Positions 37,814-48,221 of a DNA stretch of 64,000 nucleotides are shown here, one piece after another. Source of the DNA: a phage; sequence record PZ019084.1. One strand, given 5' to 3'. Both the position numbers and the translations under genes were made by a program. The first letter of the stretch is position 1, and every line of letters starts with the position of its first letter. The notes beneath the pieces were generated by a model, which worked only from the letters and a program-made list of their open reading frames with translations, was not told the origin of the DNA and did not search any database.

Positions 37814-38788
37814 TCACTTCCACTGCATTTCGCATGCTAATTGAATGAAAAGATATGCTAAATGTAATTCCGTATTAGCCGCAATTCCATGATACTGGTT
37901 ATTTTCACCAACAATTTCATACATACGAATAATACTTTGCGGAGTTACGCGTGTATAGATTTCTTCGGCAAGTTTACCTACGAACCACGAATAATCAGCT
38001 GCATATTTTGGTGCTAAAGCTCTGAGCTGTTTAACATCTTTATTTTTGAGAGATTCAAGAACATCATCAATAGCACCACGATCGTTAGTAACCAGTGATA
38101 AAATACCAGCATCCAAAACACCTTTAGATGAATAACTATCGAGCTCACCAATAGTTTTACGAAAATCAGGAAAATTCTTTTTAACCAAAGCTGCTACAAC
38201 TTTCATATCAGCTATAGCAATTCCTTCATGCTTGCAGATTTCAGTTAATCGACGAATCATCTGCTTCATCATTTCAATTTTATCTTCATCAGTCGGTTGA
38301 CCGAACGTAATAACTCGGCAGCGTGACTGAAGCGGTTTAATAATACCATCAATATTGTTAGCAGTAATAATAATACTACAGTTTGAACTATAAGCTTCCA
38401 TAAAGGAACGAAGATGTCGCTGAGACTCTGCTAACCCTGAGCGGTCAAATTCATCAATAACGATTACTTTTTGACGACCATCAAATGAAGCTGCACTAGC
38501 AAAATTAGTCAAAGGACCACGAACGAAATCAATTTTACAGTCTGATCCATTCACAAACATCATATCAGCATTTACATCATGACACAATGCTTTTGCTACA
38601 GTCGTTTTACCTGTTCCTGGAGAAGGAGAATGAAGAATAATATGTGGAATCTTACCTTTACTTGTAATAGATTTAAAGGTTTCTTTATCAAAGGCGGGAA
38701 GAATACATTCATCGATAGTAGATGGACGATATTTCTGTTCAAGAATGTGTTCTTTTTCATTTACAGTAATCATAATTTCCTCATTCAA
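37814..38788 (-). CDS. 44: clamp loader ATPase subunit (AAA+)
   Basis: 324 aa; Walker A GTGKTT and DEFD Walker B. Confidence 0.9.
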   Translation of the reverse strand: MNEEIMITVNEKEHILEQKYRPSTIDECILPAFDKETFKSITSKGKIPHIILHSPSPGTGKTTVAKALCHDVNADMMFVNGSDCKIDFVRGPLTNFASAASFDGRQKVIVIDEFDRSGLAESQRHLRSFMEAYSSNCSIIITANNIDGIIKPLQSRCRVITFGQPTDEDKIEMMKQMIRRLTEICKHEGIAIADMKVVAALVKKNFPDFRKTIGELDSYSSKGVLDAGILSLVTNDRGAIDDVLESLKNKDVKQLRALAPKYAADYSWFVGKLAEEIYTRVTPQSIIRMYEIVGENNQYHGIAANTELHLAYLFIQLACEMQWK

Positions 38789-38804
38789 GTTTTAGTGTAA
38801 ATTT

Positions 38805-38820
38805 AAGGGCCGAAGCCCTT
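38805..38820 (-). other. GC hairpin (CGAA loop) between gene 45 stop and gene 44 SD
   Basis: aagggccgaagccctt followed on the mRNA by ...gaggaaatt ATG. Confidence 0.45.
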
Positions 38821-38822
38821 TA

Positions 38823-39509
38823 TTAAAAGTCGTGGGTAGAATCAGCTTCAAGAGCTACTACATAATTCGCATGTTCACCTTCAAATTTAGCAGCGCCTTG
38901 TTTACCTTTTGCCCAGAGCAGAAGTTTATAATTTCCTGGTTGCATTTTCATATTTGCCATATTGATAATGAAATTAAATGTATTTTCACCATCATAATCA
39001 CCAAGAGTCAAAGAATATTTAACACGGGTCAAAGCAGAATCTTCCACTTTATTAAAACCGTTAATTACAATTTTACCTTCTTTTACTGTGATAGCAATTG
39101 TATCAATCTGCAGACCACGAGATACACGCAACAGCTGTTGAAGGTCTTCAGCTTTAATTTCAGTAACAACAGATGCTACCGGGAATGGAATTGGTTTATT
39201 AGGAGCAACTACTGTGCTCGGATCAGCTGCTGGCCAAAAAATTGTTGAACGGGCATCAGCAATTTTAATATTTCCATCTTCTGACTGGGAAATTTCTGCA
39301 TCGTCATTAACTAAGGACAGAATACCGAGAAAACCGTTCAAATCGTAAATCGCTACATCAAAATCAATAGTGTCAGAAATATTTGCTTCCGCATAAGTTG
39401 TACCATTAACTGCGCGAGTCATAATAAATTGACCGGATTTAAGCATAATACCGGAGTTAATAGTAGCGAAATTTTTAAGCAGAGCAGTAGTATCTTTAGA
39501 CAGTTTCAT
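38823..39509 (-). CDS. 45: sliding clamp
   Basis: 228 aa, same length and position as T4 gp45. Confidence 0.9.
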   Translation of the reverse strand: MKLSKDTTALLKNFATINSGIMLKSGQFIMTRAVNGTTYAEANISDTIDFDVAIYDLNGFLGILSLVNDDAEISQSEDGNIKIADARSTIFWPAADPSTVVAPNKPIPFPVASVVTEIKAEDLQQLLRVSRGLQIDTIAITVKEGKIVINGFNKVEDSALTRVKYSLTLGDYDGENTFNFIINMANMKMQPGNYKLLLWAKGKQGAAKFEGEHANYVVALEADSTHDF

Positions 39510-39537
39510 GTAATTTCCTTCAATTCAAATGAGATTT

Positions 39538-39566
39538 AATTTTATAACTAATTTAATAAAGCAATT
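39538..39566 (-). promoter_or_regulatory. probable MotA-dependent middle promoter for gene 45
   Basis: minus strand TTGCTTTA (MotA-box consensus, plus taaagcaa 39557-39564) about 12 nt upstream of TATAAAAT. Confidence 0.5.
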
Positions 39567-39954
39567 AACGATTAAAATCAGCAGCAATTGTTTCCGCAAC
39601 AATTTGAGCAGCAACAATTAGACGTTCATCTGCATTACCGCAATAATCATCTTCAAGGCGTTCACCACATGAAGTCATAATAAATTTAGCACCAGCATTT
39701 AGAGATTCTGCCGTATGTTTGCGCATCAGTTCAATCCATTTATCACTCACTTCACGATCGATGGCTTCATAATACGCATGACGAGCAGGTGCAGATTTAA
39801 TTTTGCTCTGAATAACTTCCATTGCGTTATCAGAAAGAGACAAAACCCATGCTCGACGAATTTTATTTTGGTTTTGTGGATTTGAATCAGAACGCACGTG
39901 TTTTGGCTGAATATCTTTTACATCAACAGTATAATTCACAGTAATTTTAGTCAT
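39565..39954 (-). CDS. rpbA: RNA polymerase-binding protein RpbA
   Basis: 129 aa; length and position upstream of gene 45 as in T4. Confidence 0.65.
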   Translation of the reverse strand: MTKITVNYTVDVKDIQPKHVRSDSNPQNQNKIRRAWVLSLSDNAMEVIQSKIKSAPARHAYYEAIDREVSDKWIELMRKHTAESLNAGAKFIMTSCGERLEDDYCGNADERLIVAAQIVAETIAADFNR

Positions 39955-39963
39955 AATACACCT

Positions 39964-40155
39964 TTAGTCATAATAATCAGTAACAGTCCAAGCTTCATTC
40001 CTGTTGGACATTATTTTCGTATATTCTGATTTAAATGCATTCTTAAGCATAGATTCAGTAACTATATGCTCTTCATTAGAAAAATTATTTCTCAGAATAT
40101 ATCGTTTTATTTCAGGAATAGTTAATAGATGCTGTCCAGTTGAATATTCTGCCAC
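39964..40155 (-). CDS. hypothetical protein (45.2 position)
   Basis: 63-aa ORF. Confidence 0.5.
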   Translation of the reverse strand: MAEYSTGQHLLTIPEIKRYILRNNFSNEEHIVTESMLKNAFKSEYTKIMSNRNEAWTVTDYYD

Positions 40156-40165
40156 AGTTCCTCCG

Positions 40166-40173
40166 TATAAATA
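40166..40173 (+). promoter_or_regulatory. late promoter motif TATAAATA upstream of HNH endonuclease gene
   Basis: exact TATAAATA on plus strand about 33 nt upstream of ATG 40207, with SD aagga. Confidence 0.55.
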
Positions 40174-40206
40174 TGTTTATCACTCGCTGTATCAAAAGGA
40201 TATGTT

Positions 40207-40923
40207 ATGAATTATAAACTAATTTATGAAAAGTTAATCTCTAATGCTAAATCTCGAAAACTTGATTGCTATACTGAATCTCATCACATTATACCACGCT
40301 GTTTAAATGGTAGCGATGACGCTTCAAACTTAGTAGATTTAACACCAGAAGAGCACTATGTAGCTCATCAACTTTTAGTAAAAATTTATCCTTCTGAACC
40401 AAAATTAGTCTATGCTGCTAACATGATGACAGTTTCTACGAAATACGCTAAACGTAACAATAAAACTTTCGGCTGGATTCGTCGTAAACTCTGGGAAATA
40501 GAAAAGAATAAAGAGTTCTCCCAAGAGACACGAAAGAAAATGTCCGACGCAGTAGCTAATAAAGCAAGACTAACTTGTCCACATTGCGGTAAGTCTGGAT
40601 TAAGCGGGAATATGAATCGATGGCATTTTGATAACTGCCCAAATCACCCCAATCCTAAAGTTAGACCGCCAATGTCTAAAGAACACAGAAATAATATCTC
40701 AAACGGGCTTAAAGCAATCGTTCTTGAAGAAACATCATGCGAATTCTGCGGAATGATAGGCAAGAAATGCGTTATCGCAGCGCATAGAAATTTCTGCAAG
40801 AAAAATCCAAATGGACGCAAGAAAACTGAAAAGACTGGTACTTGCGTCCATTGTGGTAAAGTTACCACGTTCGGAAATTTATCAAGATGGCATAATGATA
40901 ATTGTAAATATAAACCTAGCTAA
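40207..40923 (+). mobile_element. free-standing HNH homing endonuclease gene
   Basis: 238 aa; N-terminal HNH motif (ESHHIIPRCLNGSDDASNLVDLTPEEHYVAHQ) and repeated CxxCGK...RWHxDNC zinc-ribbon modules; opposite strand to flanking genes. Confidence 0.8.
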
Positions 40924-42604
40924 TCTTAGCTAAACTAAATCTACCAACTTTTTCCATTTGAATGTGCTGACCATATTCCTGTGGGTCATGGTCTTTATGC
41001 GAAATTATGAAGAAGTTGGTATCCTTCAAACCATCTAAAATTTTAGCCACATTTTTAATACCTTCAGCATCAAATGCACCGTCATACACTTCATCAAGAA
41101 ATAAACAACTTATTTTAACACCTGAAACTTTTTCAGCAATATCACGCCAAGTAAATAAAAGAGCAATATCAATTCGTGCTTTTTCACCTTGACTAAATGA
41201 AGCATAACTAAAATCTTCACGACCACGGGATTTAATTGTCTCATTAAATTCTTCATCTAATGTAAACACATAATCCGCTTCCATTATTTTAAGATAATGA
41301 TTAATCTGCTTATTAAATAATGGAATGTACTTTTTAATAATAGCACCTTTAATACCAGAATCTTTGAGCATATCAGTCAAAATTCCTCTATGGTATTTTT
41401 CCATTACTAAATTAGTTTTTGTCTTAACAATTTTATCAAGTTCTTCTTGAAGCAGTGCTATTTCATCAGCATGGTCAATAAACTCAGATGATGCTTTTTC
41501 TATAGCTGCTTTAACTTTTTTAGCTTTATCTACAGTCGTGATTAGAGATTGCTTTTTATTGCGAATATCATTCGCCAACGTCTGCTGGGTTTTAATATTA
41601 TCTCGGTATTCATCAACGAGAACTTTTAAATTATCACGATGTGTTGAAAGCTGTTCAAACGAATGCGTGCATTCAGAAACTTTATCTTTAATTTTAGAAA
41701 CAACTTTATCACCGGAACTTAATTGTGACAAACAGGTTGGACATAATCCACCTTCGTGATACATATTAATGACTTTATTATACGAGTCAATTTTTGATTT
41801 AATTAAAAATGCTTCTTGACCGATTTTATTAAATGCATCAGTCGGGTCTTCATCCAAAACAATATTAACTAATCTTTCATTAGCTTCTTCTATTTCCGAT
41901 TTTAGCGTTCTAGCTTCTTTTGCCAAATCATCATACATATTCTGCAGACGAGTAAGGTTATCACCGGTTAATTTTTTCTGACGTTCAACGTTATCATTAT
42001 ATATTTTAATTTGTTGGATAATACTATCTTTTTTAACATCAAGCACTTGGTTTTGTGAATTTAATTCACGTATTAGTGCTTTATTAAGCTTATCCATTTC
42101 AGCTAATGTTCCTACCTCGAGTAGGTCTTCGACAAGCTTTCTTCTTGCAGGAGTGGATAAGCCCATAAAAGGGGTATATCCAGCCGTGCCGAGTACGACG
42201 ATCTGTTTGAAACTGGCGTATGACATTCCGATAAGCTGTTCAAATTCTGCTTGGAAATCTTTACTGCTGGCAGATTCATTAAGACGTGTACCGTTAACGG
42301 TGATTTCGAAAACGTTTGGTTTTTGTCCTCTTTTGATATAGTACTTTTTCTCATCATATTCCATCCACAGTTCAACTAAAAGTTCTTTCTTATTTGTACT
42401 GTTTATTAATTGGCCTTTCTTTACATCACGAAATGGCTTGCCAAAAAGCCCAAATGTGATGGCTTCTAACATAGTAGACTTACCACCGCCATTTCGCCCA
42501 GTAATAAGAGTTTTTTGAACCTTATCTAGTTGAATGTCAATAGGATTTCCACCTACTGACATTATATTTTGATACCTAACTCGGTTTAGTTTAAAATTCT
42601 TCAC
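40916..42604 (-). CDS. 46: recombination endonuclease subunit (Rad50/SbcC-like)
   Basis: 562 aa; N-terminal Walker A GRNGGGKST, coiled-coil middle with CPTC zinc hook, C-terminal signature/Walker B. Confidence 0.9.
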   Translation of the reverse strand: MKNFKLNRVRYQNIMSVGGNPIDIQLDKVQKTLITGRNGGGKSTMLEAITFGLFGKPFRDVKKGQLINSTNKKELLVELWMEYDEKKYYIKRGQKPNVFEITVNGTRLNESASSKDFQAEFEQLIGMSYASFKQIVVLGTAGYTPFMGLSTPARRKLVEDLLEVGTLAEMDKLNKALIRELNSQNQVLDVKKDSIIQQIKIYNDNVERQKKLTGDNLTRLQNMYDDLAKEARTLKSEIEEANERLVNIVLDEDPTDAFNKIGQEAFLIKSKIDSYNKVINMYHEGGLCPTCLSQLSSGDKVVSKIKDKVSECTHSFEQLSTHRDNLKVLVDEYRDNIKTQQTLANDIRNKKQSLITTVDKAKKVKAAIEKASSEFIDHADEIALLQEELDKIVKTKTNLVMEKYHRGILTDMLKDSGIKGAIIKKYIPLFNKQINHYLKIMEADYVFTLDEEFNETIKSRGREDFSYASFSQGEKARIDIALLFTWRDIAEKVSGVKISCLFLDEVYDGAFDAEGIKNVAKILDGLKDTNFFIISHKDHDPQEYGQHIQMEKVGRFSLAKIS

Positions 42605-42864
42605 AAAAGATTCCTTTTAATGTATCTTTTAGACCATTCTATCATATCATCATAATCTAAAAAGTATTCATCAAATTCAGCCATGCAAACAACACCTTGT
42701 GCTGCTTTTGATGTAATATAAATTATTCCAACATATCTAGAATCTTCTTCGGTGTAATCAATATTTGCTATGAATTCATCGTTAATGTCAAATGTCGAAA
42801 ACTTCACAGTATGCATCCTTAATACAAGATACAGCCATATCTTGTAATGATTTAGGTGTGTCAT
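42601..42864 (-). CDS. hypothetical protein (46.1 position)
   Basis: 87-aa ORF. Confidence 0.5.
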   Translation of the reverse strand: MTHLNHYKIWLYLVLRMHTVKFSTFDINDEFIANIDYTEEDSRYVGIIYITSKAAQGVVCMAEFDEYFLDYDDMIEWSKRYIKRNLL

Positions 42865-43051
42865 TATCTAAAATGTTGAAGTTAAAAGATACAGCCCAGT
42901 CAGTGCAGACCGTGACCTTTTTAATACAATTATCTTCAACCTCTAGCGGTTCAAACCAATATTCAATAATTTCTTTATGCCCAATATCATCTTTTACTTC
43001 GCATTCAAAATGCTGACTCATCATAACATTTTTAAATTCATCAAAAGTCAT
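42788..43051 (-). CDS. hypothetical protein (46.2 position)
   Basis: 87-aa ORF. Confidence 0.45.
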   Translation of the reverse strand: MTFDEFKNVMMSQHFECEVKDDIGHKEIIEYWFEPLEVEDNCIKKVTVCTDWAVSFNFNILDNDTPKSLQDMAVSCIKDAYCEVFDI

Positions 43052-44067
43052 TGTGTTGCCTCTACATATAACTGATTTGCATATTGAATAAGTGCTTCGC
43101 GGTCAGAATCAGTGATGTCTGGAATTGTATTAATGTATTCTTCCATCAACGTCTGAAGAGATTGAACTTCAACTTCTTCACTATCATCTGACTCGATAGA
43201 GTTATCAATCTTTGACACAACTCGTAATGAATGCACAACTTTTTCTAGTTCAGATTCGAACTTCGTTAGATTTTTGTCTACCTCAGTTACTATAACACGT
43301 ACTGATAGATTTGTAAAATCTTTATAGTCAATTTTTCCCTTAAATGGATACTGAATTCGACGGTGCCAAGTAGTGTTGTTTGGAATAAATTCCATTCGTT
43401 CTGTTTCTGTATCAAACATCCAGAACCCGCGAGGGTCATTCTCGTCACCTGCAGTTAGTGTCCATGGTGTCCCAATATATCTGACGTTAGCAGCCTCAGA
43501 GATAGTATGGAAGTGACCAGACCACACCTCTTTATAAGTCTTAAGGAAATCAGGTTCAAGACCGTGAGATTTCATTCCTTTATAAAAATAAAATCCATTC
43601 AGTTCCCAGTGACCAACACAAAAAGAAGCAGATGAAGTTTTGATGTGTTCAAGAATTTCACCAGTATTTTCTTCGCACATCCAAGGAATTAAATCAATCA
43701 AACATCCGTCAAAATCTACTGTAGTAGGCTTATCATATACTTTAACATTAGGATATTTAGCCAAAAGCTCAGTAGAAGCATTTGGAGTTAAAGTATTTTT
43801 AAAGTGCATATCATGGTTTCCTACAACAGTATGTAGGGTAATACCAGCATCATCAAGCATTTGAACTATTTCACGAGCGAACTCCATAGTTTTATGCGTG
43901 ATTGCTTTTCGCACATCAAAAATATCGCCGTATTGAATCCATGTAGTAATTCCGTTTTTCTTAGAATATTCTATTGCTTGTTTAATTCCATCCAACTGAA
44001 TGGATTGAACCCACTCATCATCGGCTTTAACACCTAAATGCCAATCACCTAAATTTAAAATTTTCAT
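43048..44067 (-). CDS. 47: recombination nuclease subunit (Mre11/SbcD-like)
   Basis: 339 aa; phosphoesterase motifs (GDWH, GNHD). Confidence 0.9.
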   Translation of the reverse strand: MKILNLGDWHLGVKADDEWVQSIQLDGIKQAIEYSKKNGITTWIQYGDIFDVRKAITHKTMEFAREIVQMLDDAGITLHTVVGNHDMHFKNTLTPNASTELLAKYPNVKVYDKPTTVDFDGCLIDLIPWMCEENTGEILEHIKTSSASFCVGHWELNGFYFYKGMKSHGLEPDFLKTYKEVWSGHFHTISEAANVRYIGTPWTLTAGDENDPRGFWMFDTETERMEFIPNNTTWHRRIQYPFKGKIDYKDFTNLSVRVIVTEVDKNLTKFESELEKVVHSLRVVSKIDNSIESDDSEEVEVQSLQTLMEEYINTIPDITDSDREALIQYANQLYVEATQ

Positions 44068-44227
44068 ATATCAAGAACCGTCATTGAAATGCAAAATAAA
44101 ATTATTGAAATAAATCCGTCCGGAGTGCTAAAGAACCCAATCCAACATGCTCTAGTGAATAGATAAAATGCGAGAAAAAGTATCACATATCCAAGAAATA
44201 TCATTATATCAAACTCCGTATAAAGCT

Positions 44228-44245
44228 AAAGGGCCGAAGCCCTTT
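44228..44245 (-). other. GC hairpin (CGAA loop) overlapping a-gt stop
   Basis: aaagggccgaagcccttt. Confidence 0.4.
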
Positions 44246-45446
44246 ATTTTGTAATAATGTCAAACTGTTCTTTAAAGCAGAAGCTTGAATCTTGATGCTG
44301 ATACAAAAATTCATAAGCTTTTTCGCGTTCACGGTCATAAAGAGCTCGGTCAGATGACAGTTCTTTAATACGCTCAAATGTTGATTCCATGTCATTTTCA
44401 TCAAACCAAACGATACCGCTATCATGAGAAATTAACGGAGTATTATCAACACGGAATTTTAAATTTTCGCCAGTAGATTTCCAAAATACTGGAATTGTTC
44501 CACATGCACCAAGCTCGAGATGAGTATATTCTAAAGAACGTTGTAGATATTTTTTGTCCAACTTACTCAGCTGATAACCAAATCCAGATTTACTCATGCG
44601 TTCAAGCATTTCGCTATTTACATAACGGTCAAGAATTTGCGTTGGCAAATTAGGAGCAATTTTAATTTGGTCTACTTGATGAAGACGATAATACTCGTAT
44701 GGAATTCCTTTTTCTTTAATAGGAATGAACGCTGGAGAACGTTCCAGACCTTCCATAATAGTACTTAACCCTGCAGGTTTAAGATGTTTTTCGTGAAAAT
44801 CAAACATCTGATAAAAACCTTTCCATGTAGTAGTACGACCAATCCAACGGTTGATATTCATGTTAATTTCAGAAACATCTTTCCAGTAAGTTGATCGAAC
44901 CTTCGCAATATCCATAGGAGGCTGAAAGTTGTATACAGTCGGTGCTTCTTCAATATCATCAAACAGTGAAACAGTTTCTGGATACCATTCTTTCATCAGA
45001 ACTTTATTAAAATCACCATTATCAGAATGACTAAAAATAACATCAGCTCGGCGAACAGTTTCTTCTAATCCCAAATTTCGACGCAAAGAAAGAGAAGAAT
45101 GGTCATGTTGATAAACTACAACACGAACCGAAGGTTTAATGTTATCAATAATTTTTTTATAGTTATTAATAGTGTCTTCTTCGACTGAAGTAGCAGGAAC
45201 TGAATTGATAACTAGAATATCACAATCATTTACCAGCTTAAGCGTTTTATCGTATTCTTTTGCCAATAAAACCGGAATTGAAAATGATTTATAATCATGC
45301 GCGCAATTACGTGTAAATGATTTATCTTTAGCATAAACCAAAGTTACTTCATGACCATTTTTAATAAACCAATCACGCTGCTCAAGAGAAAATTTAGTTA
45401 CGCCACAACCTTCAAGACCTCGAGCCATAAAAATGCATACTTTCAT
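44244..45446 (-). CDS. agt: alpha-glucosyltransferase
   Basis: 400 aa, same length as T4 alpha-gt; position between 47 and 55. Confidence 0.85.
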   Translation of the reverse strand: MKVCIFMARGLEGCGVTKFSLEQRDWFIKNGHEVTLVYAKDKSFTRNCAHDYKSFSIPVLLAKEYDKTLKLVNDCDILVINSVPATSVEEDTINNYKKIIDNIKPSVRVVVYQHDHSSLSLRRNLGLEETVRRADVIFSHSDNGDFNKVLMKEWYPETVSLFDDIEEAPTVYNFQPPMDIAKVRSTYWKDVSEINMNINRWIGRTTTWKGFYQMFDFHEKHLKPAGLSTIMEGLERSPAFIPIKEKGIPYEYYRLHQVDQIKIAPNLPTQILDRYVNSEMLERMSKSGFGYQLSKLDKKYLQRSLEYTHLELGACGTIPVFWKSTGENLKFRVDNTPLISHDSGIVWFDENDMESTFERIKELSSDRALYDREREKAYEFLYQHQDSSFCFKEQFDIITK

Positions 45447-45512
45447 TTAATATCCTCATTGTTTTGGTTTATTTTACCAAAAATTTATAAAGCAATATAG
45501 GAGCCGAAGCTC

Positions 45513-45686
45513 CTATCCGCATAATACGCCATACAAAGGCTCGTTAGAGCTTCTAAATTTTATGCGCTTATATGTTATAGTTCCTTCTGCTTTAGCTTTA
45601 TCGTGAGCCTCTTTAAAGCGTCTCATCATTTCTACTTTAGAGGAACGAATTTTATTATAATCTATTTCAGAAGTCTGGGTGTTCAT
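45513..45686 (-). CDS. hypothetical small protein (~57 aa)
   Basis: hand-translated MNTQTSEIDYNKIRSSKVEMMRRFKEAHDKAKAEGTITYKRIKFRSSNEPLYGVLCG; followed by hairpin ggagccgaagctcc. Confidence 0.35.
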   Translation of the reverse strand: MNTQTSEIDYNKIRSSKVEMMRRFKEAHDKAKAEGTITYKRIKFRSSNEPLYGVLCG

Positions 45687-45689
45687 CTT

Positions 45690-45896
45690 TCACAATTGCC
45701 ACCATTTTTTGACTTGATAAGAATCAACCCACACTTTCATGTTAGGGTCTGCTCTTACAATAGGAGGATTAACTTCTTTAATTGAACTATCATGGTATTC
45801 TTTTTCAGAAATTTTCACACAAAGATGACCATTCAAAGATTCAGTAAATCCTGCATTAATTTTAAGACGCTTGAATTTTACGTGTGTAAGCATCAA
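45690..45896 (-). CDS. hypothetical protein
   Basis: 68-aa ORF. Confidence 0.45.
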   Translation of the reverse strand: MMLTHVKFKRLKINAGFTESLNGHLCVKISEKEYHDSSIKEVNPPIVRADPNMKVWVDSYQVKKWWQL

Positions 45897-46179
45897 TCAT
45901 ATCCTCAATCTGCGATCTAGTAGTCTTCCAAAGAATACTAATGAGTTCATCGTTATATGGCTGTTTTAGAATATCCCGACTTTTCTTGATAGCATATTCG
46001 TATTGAGCAAAATTATTGTTTTCAGCTGCAATCTGAGCGTGCTTATAAAGACGGTTCAGTTCGCGTTTATTTTTAGACAATAACTTATTTGCTTTTCTTT
46101 CTGCTTCAAGACGGTTCTTTTCTTCAATAGAAGAAATAAGCTTTTCCACTTCATCATTAATTTCGGGTTTATCAGTCAT
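45862..46179 (-). CDS. hypothetical protein
   Basis: 105-aa ORF. Confidence 0.5.
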   Translation of the reverse strand: MTDKPEINDEVEKLISSIEEKNRLEAERKANKLLSKNKRELNRLYKHAQIAAENNNFAQYEYAIKKSRDILKQPYNDELISILWKTTRSQIEDMIDAYTRKIQAS

Positions 46180-46180
46180 A

Positions 46181-46399
46181 TTATTTCTCTAATATAAAAT
46201 AAAAATCATCATCTGTTAAATGATACCGATAGTTTAATTCTACACCATTAGATTTAAAAGCGGTATCATACGGATTTTCTGGATCAATATCAATGTCAAG
46301 AGCTAAAACTTCCCTGAGATACATTTTAAGTAAATAGGGAATAGCTTCAACTTCAGGTATTTCTTCCAAGAATCCGGAGAGGTTAATCGTTAGCCTCAT
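46181..46399 (-). CDS. hypothetical protein
   Basis: 72-aa ORF. Confidence 0.5.
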
Positions 46400-46946
46400 A
46401 TAAAAAATCCAAACTAGGAGAATCGTCTACAACACTTTTCTTTTCAGCCCCCGGTGTTCTATAGGTTGATTCTTCGTAATGCGTCATTTTATCGTAGATG
46501 TCTTGAATAAAAGTTTCATCTACTAACGCAACCATATCGTCGTCACGACTGTCATAGACATTGTGAACGAAGTAACTGTATTTCTTTGCAACTTCCTTAC
46601 GTTCTTTTTTAATACGTTGGACGAATGCATTAAAACAAGCTTGAGTTATATATGCATGTGGGTTTTTATATTTCGTTTCATCAAAATTATGAAGCCCCTT
46701 AATAGAAGCTTCTATACCATCTGCAATCATTTCTTGTTTCCAGGATTGGGTGTATCCTGAAAAGTTGAAACGTTTAGATAAGCCTTCTGCAATAAGCATA
46801 ATGGCCAATCCGATAGTATCATTCTGACGAACTACTTTATTTGGGTCTTTATTATTTGCTAATTCTGTTTTCCAATCAATAATAGCTTGTAAAAGCTCTT
46901 TATTGTTTACGTAATTATATTTAGGCTTAGTTTCTGACATTTTCAC
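46383..46946 (-). CDS. 55: late sigma factor gp55
   Basis: 187 aa, near the length of T4 gp55; sigma region-2-like segment. Confidence 0.85.
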
Positions 46947-47018
46947 CTCTTAGCTCAATTCATAGATCTATTATATCATAATATTTGAAGATCTATCTTA
47001 AAGCATAGAGGATATCAG

Positions 47019-47288
47019 TTATCTAAGTAAGCAGTATGCTTGGAACACTTTCTCCATCATCTTTTTAAATTCATGAATATCTATGTAATGACTAGTTAAA
47101 TCAGCATGATATAAAAAGTCTAAAAACTTTTCATGCGTGCTAACATATTCAATTTCATTTAATTCAGAAACATGGCTTTCCCAATATCCAACACCAGTCT
47201 TATTTGGGAAAAATGAAATTTTCATATATTGGTCAACATAGAAAATTCCATAATTTTCAATAGTAATAGAAATATTAATAAATTTCAT
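47019..47288 (-). CDS. hypothetical protein
   Basis: 89-aa ORF. Confidence 0.5.
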   Translation of the reverse strand: MKFINISITIENYGIFYVDQYMKISFFPNKTGVGYWESHVSELNEIEYVSTHEKFLDFLYHADLTSHYIDIHEFKKMMEKVFQAYCLLR

Positions 47289-47500
47289 ACATTCATCAAC
47301 TTAGCCGCTTCAAGAGCTGCATCTAGTGAATCAAATTGGTCAACGTATTCAATCAATTTGCCGTAATTAGCGTATAACCACCATTGGCTAAATTCATACT
47401 CAAGAATGAATCCATTTCCTTCAATTTGAGTTAAACCAATGCCGTTTGTATTTACTTCATATCCGGCAAGACGTAAATCGTTAATAAGAGCTTCATTCAT
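47285..47500 (-). CDS. hypothetical protein
   Basis: 71-aa ORF. Confidence 0.5.
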   Translation of the reverse strand: MNEALINDLRLAGYEVNTNGIGLTQIEGNGFILEYEFSQWWLYANYGKLIEYVDQFDSLDAALEAAKLMNV

Positions 47501-47502
47501 AA

Positions 47503-47829
47503 TTATGCCTTAGTAATTTTCAGATCAGCAAATTTTTTCTTGCGTTGATTTTTCATACGACGAATAGTTTTATCGGAAATTTCATGCTTTTGATAAGCTT
47601 TAGATTCTACACCAAAAGCTTTAACATCAAATTCTGACAAGATATATTGAACCAACAATTCACGGATAGTATTTCGTCCAATTTTTTGATCATTCTGTTT
47701 CATCGTCTGATGAAGCTCTTTTTCCCATTTATCCAAAATTTGAGGAGTTACAATATCGCCTTTTTCTAGCAGAGAAACTACTTTATCATATGCATAAGAA
47801 TTGATGGCGTTTTTAATTTGAATAGTCAT
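47503..47829 (-). CDS. hypothetical protein
   Basis: 108-aa ORF. Confidence 0.5.
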   Translation of the reverse strand: MTIQIKNAINSYAYDKVVSLLEKGDIVTPQILDKWEKELHQTMKQNDQKIGRNTIRELLVQYILSEFDVKAFGVESKAYQKHEISDKTIRRMKNQRKKKFADLKITKA

Positions 47830-47863
47830 ACATTATCCTCAATTACGTTAAAATTTTATTATC

Positions 47864-47883
47864 CAAAAAGGGCCGAAGCCCTT
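47864..47883 (-). terminator. rho-independent terminator-like hairpin
   Basis: aagggccgaagccctt followed on the minus strand by a U-rich run (plus atccaaaaa). Confidence 0.5.
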
Positions 47884-48082
47884 AGCTAAACTGTTTGGCA
47901 CCCTTCCAGCCTTCGTACATCATTGCAGCTGATATTAATATTGCTCCTGCGCATTTTGAATATTTGTGATTCCAAAACCAGTTCAGAAAAACTTCGTCAT
48001 CAATACCTTGGGCTATCATATTTTCAAAGAACTGGCGACGAGCTTCAGCAATTCGTTGCGATAATTTAGATTCAGGATTCAT
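47882..48082 (-). CDS. hypothetical protein
   Basis: 66-aa ORF. Confidence 0.5.
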   Translation of the reverse strand: MNPESKLSQRIAEARRQFFENMIAQGIDDEVFLNWFWNHKYSKCAGAILISAAMMYEGWKGAKQFS

Positions 48083-48214
48083 TTAAATTTTCCAGTTACC
48101 GTTTTCATCAATGAATTTAATCCAGTCATTTACTGACCACTTGGTGGTATCGCCTTTTGGAGCAATATTTAAAGTGTATAATCCTTGTTTAAAAAGCATG
48201 CGTTTGATATTCAT
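48083..48214 (-). CDS. hypothetical small protein (~43 aa)
   Basis: start set at ATG 48214 with SD gaggaaaat; longer ORF-track form overlaps upstream gene. Confidence 0.35.
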   Translation of the reverse strand: MNIKRMLFKQGLYTLNIAPKGDTTKWSVNDWIKFIDENGNWKI

Positions 48215-48221
48215 ATTTTCC

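Noticed and set aside
38832-39248. 138-aa plus-strand ORF inside gene 45
   Set aside because: Fully embedded antisense in the sliding clamp gene; no RBS; chance frame.
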